From an uncultured Verrucomicrobiae bacterium (lineage in GTDB: Bacteria; Verrucomicrobiota; Verrucomicrobiia; Opitutales; JABDGR01), in the NCBI GenBank assembly GCA_963765205.1, contig CAVXVB010000005.1:626285-690284 (forward strand): a stretch of DNA of 64,000 bases. Direction: 5' to 3'. The position numbers and the translations under genes were made by a program. Position 1 is the first letter of the stretch; each line of letters starts with the position of its first letter. The notes beneath the pieces are model-generated. The model saw nothing but the letters and a program-made list of their open reading frames with translations. It was not told where the DNA came from and did no database searches. This document shows positions 27,939 through 39,113 of this stretch, in pieces.

Positions 27939-29807
27939 TCAGGTCGCCGCCACCGCCGGCTGCGCCTTCCAGAAGCGCGCAGGGAGGAAGGCTAGGCCGA
28001 TGATCAGCAACTGCGTGAGCCAGAAGATGATCAGCGACACAAACGTGCCTTGCATGAAGCCGTAACTATGAAGGCCGACGCCGAGCAGGTTCACCCCGAA
28101 CCACGACCACGCCGTCACCATGTTGCCGCCGACGGCCAGCGCCATCTGCGTGCGTTCCGTGCAAAGCTTCCCCCAGCGCGCGTGCAGGCAGATCGCGCAC
28201 CAGAGCACAATCAGCAGCGCGCCGTTTTCCTTCGGGTCCCAGCCCCAAAAACGGCCCCAGCTTTGGTCGGCCCAAATGCCGCCCAGCATCGTGCCGACGA
28301 AGCTGAACAGCGTTGCAAAACACGTCGTGCCATAGACGAGTTGCCCGAGCAGGCGCAGCAAATCGCGGTCGGGCCGCGGCGAAAGCGCGTTGTATAAAAT
28401 GTAGCCAATCGCAATCGCCCCGGTGACGAACATCGCCGCATAGCCGATGGTGATGCACGTCACATGCGTCGAGAGCCACAAATTCGTCGCCAGCACGGCC
28501 TGTGGCCGCGCGAGTTCGTCGCCGCTAAAGGGCAGGTTGTGCGCGATGACCAGCGTGACGAACCCGACCGCCGACGCCACCGCCGCGCCAATGCCGCGCT
28601 TGAATAAAATTTCGATGACCAGCCCCGCCAGCACGCCGACAAAGCCGACGAACAACGCCGAGGAATACAAACTCGTCACCACCCAGTAGCCGGTCAAATA
28701 CACGCGCGCGAACAGCCCCAGCAGTTGCAGGGCAAACCCGAAGGAAATCAGCCCCAGCGCCGCGCGCCGCAGTTCCGGCCCCCACGCCAGCCAACTGATG
28801 CACGCGCATAGAAACGCCATGACATACAACTCCGCGCCGCGGTAGAACGGCTCGACGTGGTTCAGGAACGCCTCGAAACGCGCCTTTTGCGCCGCACCGG
28901 GCACATCCAAATCCTTTTGCAGCGCAGCGACCGCCGCATTGAACCCCACCGGGTCGTCCTTACGCAATGCGGTGCCCAGATCGGCGTAATGCAGCAGCAC
29001 TGGGCTGACCTGCCCGCTGCGCAGCGCCTCGAGCGCGCCGTGGCCGAGGTTGCTCCATTGGTCTTCGAGGTTGGCCGGCGGCACCAGGCCGACGATGGCG
29101 TCCTTCTCCATATTCATGTAACGCTGGGCCTGCAGCGTGAAAGAATCGAGCACGTTCTGATCCACGGTCTTGCCCGCGTCTTTGGCGAGGACCGCCGCCG
29201 CGCCAGCTTTGAGCGATGATTGCCAGAGCGCCAGATCCTTGGCCGGTTCATCGCCCGGCGGCACGAAGCTCTGCGCCAATTGCTCGAACAACTGGAGGTT
29301 GTCGCGCAGGCGCTGGACTTCGCCGTCAAAAATGCTGAGCGGTTGCTCGTCCTGCTTTTTTTTATCGGCAACGTCGGCGGCGTTCTCAATGTCGGTGAAG
29401 TGCGGCGAAAGATCGGTGAAGGAAAAATACTGGCTGCCCTGTTGTTTCTCGCCGATGAGGCCCAGCACTTCGTCGCTGTCCACGCGGAACACTTTGGCGC
29501 GTTCGGAAAGTTCCGGCCGCAGCGCAAGGTCGAGGAACCATTGCAACGCGGGCAATTGTACCACATCGGTCGCGTCACCGTTGCGCGGCACGGGTAGTTC
29601 GGTGCGCGTGGAAAAGAGGCGCAGGGTGTTGCGCGCCACGCTGTCTATTGGCAGCACGCGGGTGCCAAACTGCACAGGGAGCCTGCCAAAGCCCGCCAAG
29701 TCATAGCCCGAGTCCGCGCGCGGCGGCAGCAAGCCGGACACGACGATGGCCGCGCCGATAAAAATGATCAGCAGCGACGCCAGATTCTTGAGGGTGGCTT
29801 TATTCAT
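27939..29807 (-). CDS. ccsA: Cytochrome c biogenesis protein CcsA/ResC (system II)
   Basis: WWD domain GGIWADQSWGRFWGWDPKE, WLSTHV, GLHSY. Confidence 0.93.
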   Translation of the reverse strand: MNKATLKNLASLLIIFIGAAIVVSGLLPPRADSGYDLAGFGRLPVQFGTRVLPIDSVARNTLRLFSTRTELPVPRNGDATDVVQLPALQWFLDLALRPELSERAKVFRVDSDEVLGLIGEKQQGSQYFSFTDLSPHFTDIENAADVADKKKQDEQPLSIFDGEVQRLRDNLQLFEQLAQSFVPPGDEPAKDLALWQSSLKAGAAAVLAKDAGKTVDQNVLDSFTLQAQRYMNMEKDAIVGLVPPANLEDQWSNLGHGALEALRSGQVSPVLLHYADLGTALRKDDPVGFNAAVAALQKDLDVPGAAQKARFEAFLNHVEPFYRGAELYVMAFLCACISWLAWGPELRRAALGLISFGFALQLLGLFARVYLTGYWVVTSLYSSALFVGFVGVLAGLVIEILFKRGIGAAVASAVGFVTLVIAHNLPFSGDELARPQAVLATNLWLSTHVTCITIGYAAMFVTGAIAIGYILYNALSPRPDRDLLRLLGQLVYGTTCFATLFSFVGTMLGGIWADQSWGRFWGWDPKENGALLIVLWCAICLHARWGKLCTERTQMALAVGGNMVTAWSWFGVNLLGVGLHSYGFMQGTFVSLIIFWLTQLLIIGLAFLPARFWKAQPAVAAT

Positions 29808-31108
29808 GGCGTGCGGATGGCCGCGTTTTGCGGAAGCTTGGGGGAACCGGCGGGTTGCGGTGGCTGGCGGCGGCCGGGCGCGGGTTTCGCCGCGCGCGCG
29901 GCCTGCGGCTGGCGGCGCAAATGGGCGACCAGGCTCAGGGTGAAATGGATGGCCATGCCGACGCCGACCAGCACGACGGCGATATACGGCAGCGGCGCTC
30001 CGGGGTTGCGCACGACTTGGAGCATCGAGGCGGTGTCGCCTTGCGCGAACGAGGATTGGTAGAACGTCAGCCCGCCGTAGCGCAGCGGGTGGTTCATGTA
30101 AATCAACACGGGCCGGTCTTCGCCCGTCGCCGCATTCGTGAGGTGCACCTGGCTCTCATAGCGCTTGGGCACATCCGTGCCGGGGTAAAGTTCGTGGATG
30201 AAATTATCGAGCTTGATCGTATACGGCAGGTATTCACGGCGCGGGCGCAGCGCGACTTCCCAAGTGTGGCCGTCCACGGTAAAAGTCTGCGGAAAACTGT
30301 CCTTGAAAATCGGCGGCAGCGTCCGCGCGTCGAACAGTGTTGAAACGAGCCATTGGCCGAGCGAGCCATGCGCGCCTTCGATGTCCACCACCGCGCTGGC
30401 GAAGTTCGCCTCCTCGGTCGTGTAATCGTAGGGCAGCGGCATAACGCTCAAATCGCGGTTGCGCGCGACGCCGTGGTCGGCCGGCAGCACCGGCAAATTG
30501 GCCTTCGGTTCTTGCGAGCGCATGCCGAACGTACTGTTCGGATAATAGAAAACCGTCTTGACCGTGAACGGCAGCGCGGGGTCGTGGATCGGCTGGTTCG
30601 GGTCGAGGCGCGACACGGGGATGCTTACCACCGTGTCCGTTTTCGGATCCGTATGGTCAATGAAAACCAGGTCGCGATTATGGAACGACTCGATGTAATT
30701 TGCCTGCCCGCCGACGTTGATCCACATGTAATTCTCCTGCTGGAGATAGGCCGTGATAAAGCCGCTGACGATGAGCAGCACGACGCCGGCATGGATGAGC
30801 ACGATGCCGCTCTTGCGCCACGATGCGCGGAAATAGCGGAAGTGCGCGCAGCAAAGATTAATCACCAATAGCCCGCCGAGCAAAAACCCGCCCGGCAGCG
30901 GAATTTTCAACCAGTGCAGCGCGTCGGCGCCCGGCCATTGCGCGGGGTATTGCCAAATTACCACCATCGCCTCGAAAAAGCGCCGCTGCACCTCAAACAC
31001 GCCCCATTGCACCTGCTCGAATGTCGCCAGCAGCACGAGCAGCATCGAAAACGCCAGCAGCGTGACCGTCAGCCGGAGCGAGGAGAAAAATTTGAACGCG
31101 GCGCGCAT
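29804..31108 (-). CDS. Cytochrome c biogenesis protein ResB/Ccs1-like
   Basis: SSLRLTV, GIVLIHAG, IYMNHPLRYGGLTFYQSSF; coupled to ccsA. Confidence 0.88.
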   Translation of the reverse strand: MRAAFKFFSSLRLTVTLLAFSMLLVLLATFEQVQWGVFEVQRRFFEAMVVIWQYPAQWPGADALHWLKIPLPGGFLLGGLLVINLCCAHFRYFRASWRKSGIVLIHAGVVLLIVSGFITAYLQQENYMWINVGGQANYIESFHNRDLVFIDHTDPKTDTVVSIPVSRLDPNQPIHDPALPFTVKTVFYYPNSTFGMRSQEPKANLPVLPADHGVARNRDLSVMPLPYDYTTEEANFASAVVDIEGAHGSLGQWLVSTLFDARTLPPIFKDSFPQTFTVDGHTWEVALRPRREYLPYTIKLDNFIHELYPGTDVPKRYESQVHLTNAATGEDRPVLIYMNHPLRYGGLTFYQSSFAQGDTASMLQVVRNPGAPLPYIAVVLVGVGMAIHFTLSLVAHLRRQPQAARAAKPAPGRRQPPQPAGSPKLPQNAAIRTP

Positions 31109-31123
31109 GGGAAAAGGGGTAGT

Positions 31124-31858
31124 CTAATCCTGCCACTGAATGCTGTCGAGAAATGCGCGAAAGGCCGGGCGCTGGCCTTTGACCGCGTCGGTCGGCCCCG
31201 AAAGCAGCAGTGACCACACCTTGTCAGGCAAAAACACCAGGACGCCATCAAGGCTTTGACCATCCGGGCCGTCGAGGGACACGAGCTGCGCCGCGCGGCC
31301 GTTGAGCGTAAGGTTCTGCACATTATCGCCGAGGTGTTCTTCCGTCAAATCCGCCGTCAACCCGACTTTGCCGCGCCAGCGGTTGACGTTGGCCAGCAGG
31401 CCGCCGAGTTGGCCCTCGAACACACTCACGGAAATTTCAGCCTGTTGGTCCGCAGCCGCATTGGCCGGCGCGCGCCAGCTTCCCTTGCGCGTGGCCGTCA
31501 ATGCCTCCGCCGCCCAATCGGCGGGGGGCGACCACTTCGGCGTCGGCGTGGCGGCGGTGAATTCCGCCATGCCGGGCAGCGCCGCCATGCCCCCCGCCGG
31601 TCCGGCCATCGTCGGCGCGGCCGTGCCATCGGGAATCGCGGGATGGCCGGCCGGGAGTTCCGCCGAGAGGTTGGCGGCTACAGGCCCCGATTCGACTTCC
31701 TTCGGCACTTGCTCGACGCGAATCGAGTCGTCGCTTTGGGGTTTGCAGCCGGACGCGGCCAGCGCCGCGACGGCAGCCGTGGCGAGGAAAAATGCGTTCA
31801 GGTGCGAACGCCGATGGAGGATGGGCAGGGACACAAGCGTGGGGCGGGATTCAGCCAA
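31124..31858 (-). CDS. Hypothetical lipoprotein linked to the ccs genes
   Basis: Lipobox AASGC, LPAGHPAI motif, GGLLANVNRWRG. Confidence 0.75.
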   Translation of the reverse strand: MAESRPTLVSLPILHRRSHLNAFFLATAAVAALAASGCKPQSDDSIRVEQVPKEVESGPVAANLSAELPAGHPAIPDGTAAPTMAGPAGGMAALPGMAEFTAATPTPKWSPPADWAAEALTATRKGSWRAPANAAADQQAEISVSVFEGQLGGLLANVNRWRGKVGLTADLTEEHLGDNVQNLTLNGRAAQLVSLDGPDGQSLDGVLVFLPDKVWSLLLSGPTDAVKGQRPAFRAFLDSIQWQD

Positions 31859-31957
31859 CGTAGGGATTATGCCGGAAAAGGATAAGCGCCAGAAACCGAA
31901 AAGTAAGGCCGATGCACGTAATAAGCAAAGTTTTTGACAGCTATTTCAGGGGCCGTT

Positions 31958-33061
31958 TTAGTTGGCGAACTTGAACAGCGCCACGTCGCCGTCCTGAAAC
32001 AGGTAGTCGCGGCCTTCCAGACGATATTTGCCCGCCTCGCGTGCGGCAGCAATGGAGCCGACGGCGATCAAATCCGGGTAGGACACGACTTCGGCCTTGA
32101 TAAACCCCTTCTCAAAATCGGTGTGGATGACGCCCGCGCACTGCGGCGCGGTCATGCCTTTGCGGAACGTCCACGCGCGCGCCTCTTTCTCGCCCGCCGT
32201 GAAATACGAGGCCAGCCCCAGCAGCGCGTAAGCCGCGCGGATGAGCTGCGACACGCCGCTGTCCTTGACCCCGAGTTCGCGCAGATACTCGGCGGCTTCG
32301 GCGGGGGCCAGGTCGCCCAGTTCCTCCTCGATTTTCGCGCAAATCACGCAACAGCCCGCGCCGAGGTGGTCGGCGGCGTATTTTTTCACGCACGCGACGT
32401 AGCGGTTGTTTTCCGGCGCGGCCATGTCCGCCTCGGCGACGTTGCAGGCGAACAGAACGGGCTTCGACGAGAGCAGCCCGGCGTGCTGCATTAGGACTTT
32501 TTCGTCCGCGTGCAACTCCATCAAATTAGCCGGTTTGCCCGCGCCGAGGTGCTCAATGACGCGCTCGTAAAATGCCATCTGCGCCACGCCTTCCTTGTCG
32601 TGGCCCTTGGCTTTGGCCCGCGCGCGGACGAGCTGGCTCTGCGCGCTTTCCAAATCGGACAGCAGCAGTTCGGTCGAAATAATCTCGATGTCGCGCACGG
32701 GGTCCACCCCGCCCATCGTGTGGACGACATCCGGGTCCTCGAAACAGCGCACGACATGGACAATGGCGCTCACCTCGCGGATATGGGCCAGGAATTTGTT
32801 GCCGAGGCCCTCGCCCTTGCTCGCGCCCGCGACCAGCCCGGCGATGTCCACAAACTCCATCGCCGCCGGGATGATGACGGCGGTCTTGGCGATTTTCGCC
32901 AGCGGCGCCAGGCGCTCGTCCGGCACCTCGACCGCGCCGACATTCGGGTCAATCGTGCAAAACGGGTAGTTCGCCGCCTCGGCCTTGCGCGAGCGCGTCA
33001 ATGCGTTGAACAAGGTGCTTTTGCCCACATTGGGCAGCCCGACGATGCCGGCTTGAAGCAT
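31958..33061 (-). CDS. ychF: Redox-regulated ATPase YchF
   Basis: [38 protein letters not shown]. Confidence 0.97.
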   Translation of the reverse strand: MLQAGIVGLPNVGKSTLFNALTRSRKAEAANYPFCTIDPNVGAVEVPDERLAPLAKIAKTAVIIPAAMEFVDIAGLVAGASKGEGLGNKFLAHIREVSAIVHVVRCFEDPDVVHTMGGVDPVRDIEIISTELLLSDLESAQSQLVRARAKAKGHDKEGVAQMAFYERVIEHLGAGKPANLMELHADEKVLMQHAGLLSSKPVLFACNVAEADMAAPENNRYVACVKKYAADHLGAGCCVICAKIEEELGDLAPAEAAEYLRELGVKDSGVSQLIRAAYALLGLASYFTAGEKEARAWTFRKGMTAPQCAGVIHTDFEKGFIKAEVVSYPDLIAVGSIAAAREAGKYRLEGRDYLFQDGDVALFKFAN

Positions 33062-33070
33062 GGAAGATAT

Positions 33071-33098
33071 GGATGAAGGATGGAGGCGGAAGGATGAA
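33071..33098. repeat. Heptamer tandem repeat
   Basis: GGATGAA GGATGGA GGCGGAA GGATGAA just upstream of ychF. Confidence 0.7.
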
Positions 33099-33239
33099 AA
33101 GCAGCCCGCGCGATGCGTGGCTGGCGTCCATTGGGTGGGTCAAACTACCCATCATGCCTTGGCCGCCCGCCAACAGCCAGCCAAAAGAGCAACTCCCCGC
33201 TTGCCACTAGGCGCGGGGCCGGGTAGGGATGGAGCGCCT

Positions 33240-34805
33240 ATGAGCGATTCTTCCGCCCCTTCTTTGCCCTCACCTGCGCCCGCTGCCGCACCGGTTCCCG
33301 CCACGCCTGCGCCGGTGACGATGGACGCGCTCATCGCCTTGTGCAAGCGGCGCGGGTTCGTGTATCCGTCGTCGGAAATTTACGGGGGCTTGAACGGCTT
33401 TTTTGACTATGGGCCGCTGGGTTCCGAGCTGCGCCGCAACATCCGCAACGCCTGGTGGGAAGACATGGTCCACCGGCGCGACGACATCGTGGGCCTTGAC
33501 TGCTCCATCATTTCGCACGCGAAGGTCTGGGAGGCCTCGGGCCATATCCAGGGCTTTTCCGACCCCATGGTGGATTGCAAGGAGTCCAAGCAGCGCTACC
33601 GGGCCGACCAGTTGTTCTTCGCGCCGGTCGTCGTCGCGGGCGAGACCATCGGCTACGTCTGCGTGCTCGAGGACGCCAACATGCAGGCCGAGGCCGATGA
33701 AAAGGCGCTCGACCTCAAGCGCAAGCTGGCCAAGCAGGGCGCGCTCGAGCCGATTGTGCTCCGGGATTACACGAACGCGAAGCCCGACGAATACGCGCTC
33801 ATCCCCTCGCCCGCCACCGGCAAACCCGGCTCGCTCACGCCGCCGCGCGATTTCAATTTGATGTTCCAGACCTATGTCGGCGCGCTGCGCGACGAAAGCG
33901 GCGTCGCCTACCTGCGGCCCGAGACCGCGCAGGGCATGTTCTTCAATTTCAAAAACGTGGTGGATACCACGCGCGTGAAGCTGCCCTTCGGCATCGCGCA
34001 AATCGGGCGCTCGTTCCGCAACGAAATCACGCCGCGCAACTTCATCTTCCGCTCGCGCGAGTTCGAGCAAATGGAAATGGAATACTTCATCCACCCCGAC
34101 GCCGACTGGCAGAAGGAGCACCGCGTCTGGATTGACTGGTGCAAAAACTGGCTCATGTCCATCGGCCTGCCCGCGGCGCGGCTCTCCGAATACGACCACC
34201 CGAAGGCCAAGCTGGCGTTTTACTCGCGCGGGACCACGGATATCATGTTCCACTACCCGTTCGGCGTGCAGGAATTGTGGGGCATCGCGGCGCGCGGCGA
34301 CTACGATTTGAAGCAGCACATCAAATTTTCCGGCAAGCCGCTCGAGTATTTCGACGAGGCTGCGAAGTCGCGCGTCATTCCGCACGTCATCGAGCCGGCC
34401 GTCGGCGTGGACCGCATCTTTCTCGCCGTGCTGTGCAGCGCGTATGAGGAGGACGTCATCGAGGGCGAAAAGCGCGTCGTGCTGCACCTGCATCCGCGGC
34501 TGGCGCCGGTCAAGGTCGCCGTCTTCCCACTGGTGAAAAACAAGCCGGAATTGCTCGCGCGCGCCGAGGCGCTCTACCGCAAGCTCAAGCGCCGCTGGAA
34601 CGTGTTCTGGGACGTGTCGGGCGCGATTGGCCGCCGCTACCGCCGCATGGACGAAATCGGCACGCCCTTCTGCGTCACCGTGGACTTCGACACCATCGAG
34701 AAGGACGGCAGCGTCACCCTCCGCGAGCGCGACTCGACCAAGCAGATGCGCCTGAGCGAGGACGAACTCCTCGCCGAACTGGCGCGGCAGATTGACGGAG
34801 CGTGA
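33240..34805 (+). CDS. glyQS: Glycine--tRNA ligase, alpha2 type
   Basis: [55 protein letters not shown]. Confidence 0.97.
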   Translation: MSDSSAPSLPSPAPAAAPVPATPAPVTMDALIALCKRRGFVYPSSEIYGGLNGFFDYGPLGSELRRNIRNAWWEDMVHRRDDIVGLDCSIISHAKVWEASGHIQGFSDPMVDCKESKQRYRADQLFFAPVVVAGETIGYVCVLEDANMQAEADEKALDLKRKLAKQGALEPIVLRDYTNAKPDEYALIPSPATGKPGSLTPPRDFNLMFQTYVGALRDESGVAYLRPETAQGMFFNFKNVVDTTRVKLPFGIAQIGRSFRNEITPRNFIFRSREFEQMEMEYFIHPDADWQKEHRVWIDWCKNWLMSIGLPAARLSEYDHPKAKLAFYSRGTTDIMFHYPFGVQELWGIAARGDYDLKQHIKFSGKPLEYFDEAAKSRVIPHVIEPAVGVDRIFLAVLCSAYEEDVIEGEKRVVLHLHPRLAPVKVAVFPLVKNKPELLARAEALYRKLKRRWNVFWDVSGAIGRRYRRMDEIGTPFCVTVDFDTIEKDGSVTLRERDSTKQMRLSEDELLAELARQIDGA

Positions 34806-34847
34806 TTGATTTACGGCCTTTTTAGTGTTACTATAATAAGATTGTCC

Positions 34848-35195
34848 ATGAGACCTCAATATTTCCATTGGGTGCGCTCCAATAAGGCCAACAAGATTAT
34901 GATGCTAATCTTGATTCCCTTCTTTTTGGCTTTAATGGCTTGGGGCATTCATGGGGAATTTATTGCCGGCACGCCTGTATCCTGGTTTGGTGGCGAGTAT
35001 CTTGATGGGCGCTACCAAATCATCAACCACGGCATGACCTTCCAGCTTAGTCCGCAAAATTTCTGGATTAACTATTCCCTTTGCTGGTTTTGGACAACGT
35101 TGCTCTTGGCCTATGGAGTGGCTTTGTTGTTCTTATTGCATAAAGGCAAGATTCGCAAAGTCGCTGCTGGGCATCAGCCGCCAAACGCGTTTTAA
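34848..35195 (+). CDS. Hypothetical membrane protein (2 TM), low GC
   Basis: ORF with two hydrophobic segments; TATAAT 10 nt upstream. Confidence 0.6.
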   Translation: MRPQYFHWVRSNKANKIMMLILIPFFLALMAWGIHGEFIAGTPVSWFGGEYLDGRYQIINHGMTFQLSPQNFWINYSLCWFWTTLLLAYGVALLFLLHKGKIRKVAAGHQPPNAF

Positions 35196-35306
35196 GGGCA
35201 TAGGTCGGCAAAAAGCTTCCACTTGTGGAGTTGGAAACACCCATCGCCCCGTGGCCAAACAGTTTTGCCTTGCCAGTTTCCCAGCTTTCTGGTTTCCTGG
35301 GTTTCC

Positions 35307-35579
35307 ATGAAGACGACCCTGGAGATTCCCGACGCCCTTTACCGCGAGGTCAAAATCCGCGCGGCGCGCGACGGCGTGAAAGTGAAGGACTTGGTGGCAA
35401 AGGGATTGACGAGCGTTTTGCACGAAGCCCCGCCGACCAAGACCCCGAAGAAAAAATCCATTTTCCCGCTTTTTCACGGCCCCGGCGGCCCGCTGCTGCA
35501 ACAAAAAGAACTGCGCAGCCTGAGTTTTCTCGACGACCAAGATGACCTCGACCGCTATCAGCGCGCTCTTCGACGTTAA
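35307..35579 (+). CDS. Ribbon-helix-helix antitoxin (VapB-like)
   Basis: MKTTLEIPDALYREVKIRAA; overlaps the PIN gene. Confidence 0.85.
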   Translation: MKTTLEIPDALYREVKIRAARDGVKVKDLVAKGLTSVLHEAPPTKTPKKKSIFPLFHGPGGPLLQQKELRSLSFLDDQDDLDRYQRALRR

Positions 35580-35976
35580 CGTCTGGCTCGCCTTGAGCCA
35601 CCGCGCCCACCCGCATCATGCGGAAGCCTTGGCCCGGCAAGCGGAATTGCCGCCGGGGGCTTTTTGCCGCCCCACCCAATTGGCGCTGTTGCGTTTGTTG
35701 ACCCGGCCCGAAGTCATGGGGCCGGACACGCAAACGGCTGCGGATGCGTGGCAAACCTACCGCGGCTTGCTGGAGCGGAACGACGCCTCGTTCGTCGAGG
35801 AACCCGCCGGTCTTGAGGAGGTTTGGAAAAAATTGTCCTCGGACTATGACGTGCGCTCCGCCAATTCCTGGAGCGACGCCTACCTCGCCGCATTTGCCGT
35901 CTGCGCCGGGTTGCAGCTGGTGACCTTTGACCGCGGCTTCCGGCGGTTCAAGGGCCTCCATTGCCGGGTTTTATAA
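35542..35976 (+). CDS. vapC: VapC family PIN ribonuclease toxin
   Basis: LFDVNVWLAL, WSDAYLAAFA, LVTFDRGF. Confidence 0.9.
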   Translation: MTSTAISALFDVNVWLALSHRAHPHHAEALARQAELPPGAFCRPTQLALLRLLTRPEVMGPDTQTAADAWQTYRGLLERNDASFVEEPAGLEEVWKKLSSDYDVRSANSWSDAYLAAFAVCAGLQLVTFDRGFRRFKGLHCRVL

Positions 35977-36021
35977 ACCAAGCCTTTCATTTGGCGGAAA
36001 CGCCCAGTTCCCGACCCAACC

Positions 36022-37080
36022 TTACTTCGCGCTGGAACTGGTCGCGGCGGGGGCCGGTTGCATGGTTATCGCTTGGTTCCGCAAAATCTGTTTCACGGTG
36101 TCGTCATTGGCCGCCTGCGCCGCCGGCGCGGGCACCGGGGTCAGTTGCCCGATGGGCTTGTCGCCAATCGCAATATCGTCGAAATAGATGTTGATATTCT
36201 TGGTGATGGCCGCGGCCTGCGCAAACGTGCGGAATCCAAAGTCCAATTCCGTAAAGCCGCCGATCAGCCCGCTGGTCTTGCTGACGTTGGGATTGACGAC
36301 CTTGGTATAGGTAAACGGCGCGTTGGTGGTCAACTTGCCATCCACCCAGATGACGATCTGGTCGGGCTTGTCGTTGAATTCCCATTCCAGGCAAAACCAG
36401 CGTGCCACCGGCAGGGCGCCCTGGTGCGGGGGCACCTCCCCCTTGGGTACATCCGGGGTCGGGGCGTTGATTTGCAACGAGGGCTGAAATTGTCCGGTGT
36501 AGGTGCCGATTTCCAGCCAATTGGCCGTCGGGAAACCTGTCGTGCCGGCGAACATCAGCACGCTATGCGGGTCGGGCACACCGCTGATATAAACATACGC
36601 CCGGCCGTAAAAATGGTCGTGCAGCGCCGCCGGCACCGCCATGCTGACAAAGGCATAAGAACGACTGGTGCCGGCCGGGTAGGTGATCTTGAGCGCGTTT
36701 TTCCCATGCGCGACCATGTCTTGCTCCACCGTGACGGTGGCCGCGCCGGTCACGTGCGTCGTCCATATTTTGTCGTTGAGCGCGCCGGATTCAAAATCCT
36801 CCGTGAAAAGTGCCGGGCCGTTGGCCGGCCGATCCCAAGGTTGCAGGGGAAACGAGGGGGAGGTCGCCCCAGCGGCCGCAGCCCGGGGGCTGCGGCGGCC
36901 GGGACCCGTCGCGGAACCAGCCGCAGGACTGCTCGACGAGCTGGCGGCGGCGGGCATCGCCGCAGGTGCGGAAGCCGCCGCCGAAACAGCGGCGGGCGCG
37001 GCCGGTTGGGCGGCGCCAGTGGCAGGCATCAGCAAACAAACCGAGAGACTGAGGGATGTGAGGTATTTTTGGGGGTTCAT
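36022..37080 (-). CDS. Secreted Cip1-like beta-sandwich protein, paralog 1 (intact)
   Basis: Signal peptide, Ala/Pro linker, EDFESG...AHGKNALK...YGRAYV...WFCLEWEF...WVDG...FDDIAIG. Confidence 0.75.
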   Translation of the reverse strand: MNPQKYLTSLSLSVCLLMPATGAAQPAAPAAVSAAASAPAAMPAAASSSSSPAAGSATGPGRRSPRAAAAGATSPSFPLQPWDRPANGPALFTEDFESGALNDKIWTTHVTGAATVTVEQDMVAHGKNALKITYPAGTSRSYAFVSMAVPAALHDHFYGRAYVYISGVPDPHSVLMFAGTTGFPTANWLEIGTYTGQFQPSLQINAPTPDVPKGEVPPHQGALPVARWFCLEWEFNDKPDQIVIWVDGKLTTNAPFTYTKVVNPNVSKTSGLIGGFTELDFGFRTFAQAAAITKNINIYFDDIAIGDKPIGQLTPVPAPAAQAANDDTVKQILRNQAITMQPAPAATSSSAK

Positions 37081-37151
37081 GGTGGAAAAATATGGCCTTA
37101 CACCGGCCGGCCAGGGGAGTTCGCAGTCAGGACATTGCCTCCTCCCGCTGC

Positions 37152-38086
37152 TCACTTCGCGGTGGAACTGCCGGCCGGAGCAGCGGGCGCGGCCACGGGC
37201 GGCAGTGGCCCGATGGGTTTGTCGCCAATCGCAATGTCGTCGTAATAGATATCTTCGTCCGTGGGATTGTTGCCCCAGGAGCGGAAGCCGAGCGCGTATT
37301 CAAAAAAACCGCCCGTCAGGTCAGCGTCTTTACCCTGCAATGCCTGCGGCTGGTTGGCGACTAACTTGCCATCAACCCACATGACAATCCGGTCGGGTTT
37401 ATCAATGAACTCCCATTCGAGGCAAAACCACCGGCCAATCGGCGGCGGGCCACCCACCAGCGGGGTCGTTTCCAAGCGGGGCACATTCGGCCCATTCTGC
37501 TGAATGGAGGGTTGAAATACTCCCCGGCGAAAGCCAATTTCCAGGAAATTCGACACCGGGTAGCCCGTCGAGCCGGCGTTCATGAACACGCTGTGGCCCG
37601 TCGGCATGACGTTGATGAACACATAGGCGCGGCCATAAAAATGTTCCCGCAGCGCCTCCGGCACGGTCATGCCAATAAACGCATAGGCCCCCGAGCCTTT
37701 CGGATAATGAATGTGGAGGGCGTTTTTGCCGTGCGCGACTTTGTCTTGTTCAACCGCGATCGTCGCATTCCCGTTGACAATCGTCGTCCAAATTTTATCG
37801 CTGATGGCGCCCGCTTCAAAATCCTCAGTAAAGAGCGGCGGGCCATCCGCAGGGCGGTCCCAAGGTGCCGGTGGCCCGGCGGGAGCAGACGCCGCCGGAG
37901 GGGCGCCAGTGCCACGACGGCCTTGCGCAGGAGCAGTGCCGGCGGAAGCACTACTGGACGCCGCCGAGGTTTCGGCGGAGGCCGCAGCCGCGGCAGGCGC
38001 GGCGCCGTTTGGGCGACGCCAGGATTGGTAACGAGCGAACAAACCGCGAGCGTCAGCGGCAGGAGGTATTTTTGGGGGAGGGGCAT
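37152..38086 (-). CDS. Secreted Cip1-like protein, paralog 2 (frameshift near 38003)
   Basis: Signal peptide MPLPQKYLL...AQTA in one frame, linker and core domain in another. Confidence 0.7.
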
Positions 38087-38104
38087 GGGGGGGAAAGTGT
38101 ATCG

Positions 38105-38158
38105 GGTAGGGACGGCTATCCGAGCCGTCCACGGACGCCGCGGAGTGGCGTCCCTACC
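38105..38158. repeat. GTAG-type REP doublet
   Basis: GGTAGGGACG...CGTCCCTACC with internal hairpins GGACGGC/GCCGTCC and GGACGCC/GGCGTCC. Confidence 0.8.
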
Positions 38159-38163
38159 GCGCA

Positions 38164-39071
38164 TCATTTCGCAGCGGAACTATCGGCCGGGGCGTCTGCT
38201 GCCGCCGGGGTCGGCGGGGCGGATGCGGCCACGGGCGTCAGTTGCCCGATGGGTTTATCGCCAATCGCGATGTCGTCGTAGTAAATATCAACATCCTTGG
38301 CGGGGGCGGACCAAGAGCGGAAGCCGACGTAATATTCAAAGAAACCGCCGGTTAATCCGGAGGTCTTGGAGTGATCCTGGCTCGAAAATTTCTCGTTGAC
38401 CGCCAGCTTGCCGTCAATCCACATGACAATCTGGTCGGGTTTGTCATTATATTCCCATTCGAGGCAAAACCAGCGGCCCGCCGGCGGAGTTCCTTGGAGC
38501 GGGTGGTCTTCGTAGCGGGGCACATTCGGCCCGTTCTGCTGAAACGAGGGCTGAAACTGGTTCTGGCGCATGCCGATTTCCAGGAAATTGGATGTCGGGT
38601 AACCCGGCGAGCCGGCGGTCATCAGGACGCAGTGGCCGGAAGGGATGGTTTGCATATAAACATAGGCGCGGCCATAAAAATGATCGCGCAGGGCTTCCGG
38701 CACCGTAAGGCCAATAAAGGCAATCGCATTCCGGGCTCCCGCCGGATAATGGACATGGAGGGCATTCTTGCCGTGTGCGACAAAGTCTTTCTCTACGGTG
38801 ACAGTGGCATTGCCGGTGGCGGCAATCGTCCACTTTTTACTATCAATCGCGCCCGATTCAAAATCCTCCGCAAAAACCGCCGGGCCGTCCGCGGGCCGGT
38901 CCCGCGGGGCCGGAGCGCGCGGGCGGGAGCGCTGGCCGCTGGTGCGGCGGCGGGCGCCGGACTGGCGGCCGCAGAGGAAGCGGCAGGCACGGCGGTTTGG
39001 GCTATGCCAGTGCTGGCGATAACCAAAGAAAATGCAAGGCTAAGGGGTAGGAGGTGTTTTTGGGGGTGCAT
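38164..39071 (-). CDS. Secreted Cip1-like protein, paralog 3 (frameshift near 38918)
   Basis: MHPQKHLL... signal peptide frame switches to the DRPADGPAVFAEDFE core frame. Confidence 0.7.
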
Positions 39072-39088
39072 GGGGGGAAGATGTAATG

Positions 39089-39108
39089 GGTAGGGACGGC
39101 TCCCTACC
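39089..39108. repeat. Short (internally lacking) form of the GTAG REP
   Basis: GGTAGGGACGGCTCCCTACC with the same downstream flank as 38105-38158. Confidence 0.75.
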
Positions 39109-39113
39109 GCGCA

